Source: a virus (lineage: Duplodnaviria > Caudoviricetes). Taken from it: 60,089 bases of DNA. Both the position numbers and the translations under genes were made by a program. The notes below the pieces were generated by a model. That model saw only the letters and a list, made by a program, of their open reading frames with translations, had not been told where the DNA came from and did no database searches. Each line of letters opens with the position of its first letter. Within the stretch, counting starts at the first letter, position 1. The stretch is taken from positions 1 through 60,089 of the IMG/VR virus record IMGVR_UViG_3300032269_001358; one strand, given 5' to 3'. Below are positions 56,093 to 60,089 of the stretch, in pieces.

Positions 56093-56146
56093 GGTGGATG
56101 ATTCCGTGAAGTACGAGAACATACCCCACGAAACCCGGACGAGCTT

Positions 56147-56203
56147 GGGCGAGCCCCTAGCTCGACAAGCTAGGGGTCATAGGTTCGAGTCCTATATCGC
56201 CCA
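56147..56203 (+). other. tRNA-Val(GAC)-derived fragment lacking the D arm; candidate attP
   Basis: CTAGC-TCGACAA-GCTAG anticodon arm, GGGTC, ATAGG-TTCGAGT-CCTAT T arm, ATCGCCC-A; about 55 bp from the integrase start. Confidence 0.8.
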
Positions 56204-56210
56204 TTCTGCC

Positions 56211-57050
56211 TTGACCACCACGGTCGAGGAGGGGGAGTCCAACGAGGACTACCACTCTTCGGCCGGGTGGTCGAAGAGCCAGCTCTGGGATTTCGTTTCC
56301 AGGGGACCAAGGTACTTCTACCTGCGGCACGTGGCGAAAGCCATACGCCCCGAGGAATCGGCAGCGCTTTCCCACGGCACCCTCCTGCACCGATGGCTGG
56401 AGGTTGGGGACAGCTTCTGGGGCGAACTCGTCGTCCCGCCGGCCAAACTCCTCACGGAAACAGGCCGCGTTGGCAAGGCAGCCAAAGAGTGGCTGGCTGA
56501 GAATGGAGCGGGCAAGACGCCAGTTTCTCAGCAGGAACTCGACCAGCTACGCTGCGAAGCGGACGCGGTTATGGGCCACGCCGCCGCCCGTGACCTGATC
56601 TCGGCAAAGATTGCCAGTGAGGTCAGCATTCGCTGGCACCACGAAGACGGCACCCTTCTGCGCTGCCGCCCAGACCTCGTGTCCGAGGACGAGCTCGGCC
56701 CGATCGTCGTCGATCTCAAGACCACCAGGGAGGCGGATGTCCTCACCTCCTGGTGGCGGTCCGTGATGGATTACGGATACCACGCGCAGGACGCGCACTA
56801 CCAGTGGGGCATGGAAGCGGCGGGCATGGACGCCCGCCCACTGGTCTTCATCGTCGTCTCGACGGTTGCCCCTTACGACGTCGCTGTCGTGAACCTCCCC
56901 TCCGAGCTGGTCCATGTCGGCCGACGCCGCATGGAGTCAGCCATCGCAGACATCAGTGTCCGTTTGAACTTTGATTGCTGGATGCCAGAGCAGCACGGCG
57001 AGGTGGTCGAGCTGCCTATCCCATCCCACATCCTCAGGAGTCTGTCATGA
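56211..57050 (+). CDS. RecE/exonuclease VIII-like PD-(D/E)XK nuclease (DUF3799-type)
   Basis: NEDYH..WSKSQL, GTLLH, RCRPD, VDLKTT, YGYHAQDAHY; start uncertain (frame open from 56091). Confidence 0.88.
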   Translation: MTTTVEEGESNEDYHSSAGWSKSQLWDFVSRGPRYFYLRHVAKAIRPEESAALSHGTLLHRWLEVGDSFWGELVVPPAKLLTETGRVGKAAKEWLAENGAGKTPVSQQELDQLRCEADAVMGHAAARDLISAKIASEVSIRWHHEDGTLLRCRPDLVSEDELGPIVVDLKTTREADVLTSWWRSVMDYGYHAQDAHYQWGMEAAGMDARPLVFIVVSTVAPYDVAVVNLPSELVHVGRRRMESAIADISVRLNFDCWMPEQHGEVVELPIPSHILRSLS

Positions 57051-57718
57051 GCGAAACTCGCAAGGTCTACGTTTACCAAGATCGGTGCCCTGAAGGCACA
57101 GCCAAGCTTGCTGGCGCACTCGCCAAGGCGATTCCCAACATGCAGCCGCTGGTGCGTAATTGTGTCAGTCACTTTGCCAAGAAGGGGCCGGACGGGAAGG
57201 TTGCTCCCGACTACGCCGACCTTGCCGCATGCCACAAGTCCGCAGCAAAGGCACTTGCCGAGCAGGGTCTTGTTGTGATTCAGACCGTCACGATCCTGGA
57301 CGCAGGCGACACAGCCCTTAACACTCAGTTGCTCCACGCGAGCGGCGAGTGGATCAGCAGTGTCATGCCGATCAAGGCTTCGACCTCAGACCCGCAGAAG
57401 TATGCCGCTGCTGTGACCTACGCCCGCAGGACTGCCTACTGCGCCATCGTTGGTCTCGCTGCCGATGACGATGACGACGGATCCGTGGCACAGGCCGCTG
57501 CCGACAAGGTCTCAGTCGATGAAGAGGCCCGCATCGAGAAGCTTTTGGCAAAGGCCATTGACGAGGCGAAGACGCCAGAGAAGCGGGCGGAAGTGATCGC
57601 CAGGGCTGAAAAGGGCGTCCAGGCCAATCAGCTGACCGGAGCGGCGTTGCAGAGGCTGGTCGCTCGGGCCGAAGTCGCATCTAAGGCCGCGATGCAGGCC
57701 AGGGCGGTGCCCGCATGA
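57047..57718 (+). CDS. erf: ERF-family single-strand annealing protein
   Basis: YADL, LLHASGEWISS, PQ....VTYARR....VGLAADDDDDG. Confidence 0.9.
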   Translation: MSETRKVYVYQDRCPEGTAKLAGALAKAIPNMQPLVRNCVSHFAKKGPDGKVAPDYADLAACHKSAAKALAEQGLVVIQTVTILDAGDTALNTQLLHASGEWISSVMPIKASTSDPQKYAAAVTYARRTAYCAIVGLAADDDDDGSVAQAAADKVSVDEEARIEKLLAKAIDEAKTPEKRAEVIARAEKGVQANQLTGAALQRLVARAEVASKAAMQARAVPA

Positions 57719-58002
57719 TCAACCAAGAACTGATGGAGACCTCGCGTCTGCTAGTCGCAGCAGTTCAGGACTCTGACAACTTCACGGTGGACTTCCTGCG
57801 GAAGCTCATCTTGAAGTTCGTGCCGATGCTGCTCGGAGAAATCGAGATCCTTTCTGGAATCGCTGAGCAAGTCGCCGGCAAGCTCGGAGACCCGGCTGAC
57901 ATCGCTTCGATTGAGGTCGTGATGCACGAGGCTGCGGCGACTATGCCCAAGAAGGGCAAGCACAAGCCCAAGAAGAAGCGGAAGGGGGGACGCAAGCAAT
58001 GA
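57715..58002 (+). CDS. hypothetical protein with basic C-terminus
   Basis: ATGA overlaps on both sides. Confidence 0.65.
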   Translation: MINQELMETSRLLVAAVQDSDNFTVDFLRKLILKFVPMLLGEIEILSGIAEQVAGKLGDPADIASIEVVMHEAAATMPKKGKHKPKKKRKGGRKQ

Positions 58003-59531
58003 TCTCTCTACGCGACTACCAGGGGCAGGCAGTGCAGAGCGCTATCGACGCCCGTCGTCGAGGGCGGAATCGGATTACCCTGTGCAGCCCTGTCGGCTCC
58101 GGCAAGACAGCGATCATGGCTGAGCTGTGCCGGCTGGCAAAGCGACCCATCGCCCTGAGTCCTTCGCTCAACCTTATGCACCAGCTTCACGGGAACCTTG
58201 AGGGCTGGCTTTCGGAACGGGTTGGCGTCGAGCAGGGGCTGCACAGGCTCAACAGCATTGCCGGACTGAAGGAGCGGGTGGCTGTTTGCTCGTACGCCAG
58301 CATGATGTCTTACGAGCGCGGCGAGAAGCGATATCGCAAGCCCTGCTTCGATGGCACGACGCTCGTCATCGTGGACGAGTGCCACCTCAATGTGACGGCA
58401 GCATTTCGCCAGATGATGTCTCATTTTGAGGGCATGGGAGCGACCATCGTCGGCCTTTCTGCCACGCCATACCGAGGCAGAGGAAAGCCGCTCCCCTACT
58501 GGGACCGGCCGTGCTTCAGCTACTCCCTGCTCCAGGCTATTCGCGACGGTTACCTTGTCCGCCCACGAGCAGTGATCTGCGAGAGCACATCCATCGACCT
58601 GAGCCAGGTCGAGGAGGTGGCCCACGAGTGGAGGGACGACCAGCTGAACGCCGTCCTTGAGGCTGAGCGAACGGTGCAGGAGCTTTCGAGCCTTGTCCTG
58701 CAGACGTATCACAAGAAACCCTCCGCTGTCTATTGCAACAGCGTTGCCCAGGCGAAGCTTCTCTCTGAGGTCTTTGGTCGGTACGGAGTCCAGGCATCGA
58801 TCGTCTACTCGGCGCAGGGCGACGAGGAGCGGAAGTCGAACATGGACGCCTTCACCAACGGCGAGACGAAAATCATCTGCAACGTCGGGATCCTGGCCTA
58901 CGGCTGGGACTTTCCGCAGCTGATCAACATCTACAACGCCGCCCCAACGCAATCGCTGGCGGTCTACGAGCAGCGGATCGGGCGTGGAACCAGGCTGCTT
59001 CCAGGCACCATCGACAACAGCATGACGTTGGAGCAACGGATCGAGGCCATTGCTGGCAGCGAGAAGCCGCATTTCAATATCTATGACATCACCGACACAA
59101 GCCGGTCGCTCCAGCTTGTCAACGCTCTGGATCTCCTGGACCAGATGAGTCGCGACAACGCCGAGCGCCGAGAGCGGGCGATGAAAGCCCTGAAGGATGG
59201 CGGCGACGTCCTTGACCAGATTGAGGCGCAGGACGCCATAGATCAGCAGGTGAGCCTTGAAGATCCCGAGCTGAAGCAGAAGCGTTCCCGGCTGCTGGTT
59301 GGCGTGTCTTTTGGCCACGAGGACCGGGATCTGTTCTCGGAGCCTGAGGCTCCGCGCGAGAAGCAGAGAGGATGGCGGATGCTGTGGGGCCCTCACAAGG
59401 GCAAGCTTCTCCGAGACCTGCCGACAGACTATCTGGCCGCCATATCGAGGCGGTGGTCTCCAAAGGGGGGCGGAAAATCCAGGGCTCTCCACGCCGCGAT
59501 TGCCACGGAGCACCAGCGAAGAAGGGCCTGA
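57999..59531 (+). CDS. superfamily 2 (DEAD/DEAH-like) helicase
   Basis: LRDYQ Q-motif, PVGSGKT, DECH, SATP, GWDFP, QRIGRGTR; C-terminal WGPHKG..L.DLP.DYL module. Confidence 0.93.
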   Translation: MISLRDYQGQAVQSAIDARRRGRNRITLCSPVGSGKTAIMAELCRLAKRPIALSPSLNLMHQLHGNLEGWLSERVGVEQGLHRLNSIAGLKERVAVCSYASMMSYERGEKRYRKPCFDGTTLVIVDECHLNVTAAFRQMMSHFEGMGATIVGLSATPYRGRGKPLPYWDRPCFSYSLLQAIRDGYLVRPRAVICESTSIDLSQVEEVAHEWRDDQLNAVLEAERTVQELSSLVLQTYHKKPSAVYCNSVAQAKLLSEVFGRYGVQASIVYSAQGDEERKSNMDAFTNGETKIICNVGILAYGWDFPQLINIYNAAPTQSLAVYEQRIGRGTRLLPGTIDNSMTLEQRIEAIAGSEKPHFNIYDITDTSRSLQLVNALDLLDQMSRDNAERRERAMKALKDGGDVLDQIEAQDAIDQQVSLEDPELKQKRSRLLVGVSFGHEDRDLFSEPEAPREKQRGWRMLWGPHKGKLLRDLPTDYLAAISRRWSPKGGGKSRALHAAIATEHQRRRA

Positions 59532-59537
59532 ATAAGC

Positions 59538-59918
59538 ATGGACTCACGCCAGATTGACGACAGGGCCATCGGTCAGATCGGGCTGCTTATGGCGGCCCAG
59601 GAGCTAATGAAGGCTGGCTATCAAGTGGCGGTACCTCTCGTTGATGTTGGGTACGACCTCGTGGCAATGAAGGACTGTCGCCTATGGCGCATTCAAGTGA
59701 AGGCGACGGCACGGACTGGCGCGAAATCAAACCGATTGAGGGCAAGGAGGGGTGTCTCAAAGACAAGCTCGTACACGACCGAGCATTGCGATGCGATCGT
59801 TGCCGTTCACATTCGGCGCAACGCCATAGTGTGCATGACTCTCGAACAGCTGAAGGGAAGGCTGTGGATTAGTTTCCACAATTCGTCTTGCGCAAACATG
59901 TTCGACGCGCTTCAATGA
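59538..59918 (+). CDS. PD-(D/E)XK endonuclease (PDDEXK_5-like)
   Basis: G.IG....L...GY.V..P....YDLV...RIQVK...Y....D. Confidence 0.8.
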   Translation: MDSRQIDDRAIGQIGLLMAAQELMKAGYQVAVPLVDVGYDLVAMKDCRLWRIQVKATARTGAKSNRLRARRGVSKTSSYTTEHCDAIVAVHIRRNAIVCMTLEQLKGRLWISFHNSSCANMFDALQ

Positions 59919-60089
59919 CAAAACATCAGGCGACTGGCTTGGGAAGACCTTGCGGCAGTCGCTGTAGAACGCCGGTACCGCAAGGGATAGGACGACACCG
60001 GCAAGGGTAGCCCACAAGGTAGATGCCCTAGTCCTCGGGCCGCAGCAGGCTCGCAAAGAAGCTACCAAGCCACCGGCCGCTGCGGCACG

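Noticed and set aside
56111-56123. GAGAACAT as a fifth copy of the early motif
   Set aside because: Only 8 bp match; the rest of the motif is absent.
1-60089. Complete genome with terminal repeats, or integrated prophage
   Set aside because: The window ends do not match each other, no host genes are present, and the attP-like site is internal.

Overview
The window is a large, apparently unintegrated segment of a GC-rich tailed dsDNA phage genome (Caudoviricetes). It looks podovirus-like: no sheath, tube or tape-measure genes are recognisable, but there are nozzle-like and large ejection-type proteins. No host chromosomal genes are visible. A Planctomycetota/PVC-type host is my inference from the SSB N-terminus and the Cys-rich virion proteins. 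Layout: (1) 0.5-3.5 kb, small membrane proteins around a papain-family protease, in the position of a lysis module; (2) 3.5-7.5 kb, two tandem fibre + lectin-like cassettes; (3) a phage sigma factor converging on a serine recombinase; (4) 8.7-19.6 kb, a minus-strand early/accessory block (amidoligase, class II glutamine amidotransferase, MoxR AAA+, vWA-metallopeptidase, HTH and many small ORFs) punctuated by four copies of a 21-30 bp motif; (5) a symmetric non-coding divergence region at 19.6-20.05 kb; (6) a CAP-like protein, a stunted tRNA-like element, ssb and tRNA-fMet; (7) head, terminase, portal, tail and ejection genes, 23-55 kb; (8) a tyrosine integrase beside a tRNA-Val(GAC)-derived attP-like site; (9) RecE-like exonuclease, ERF, SF2 helicase and a PD-(D/E)XK nuclease. 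The most notable signals are two arm-deleted tRNA-like elements, two distinct repeated regulatory motifs, a possible protease-based lysis module and the amidoligase/NTN/AAA+/peptidase operon. All calls come from reading motifs by eye; no searches were run.
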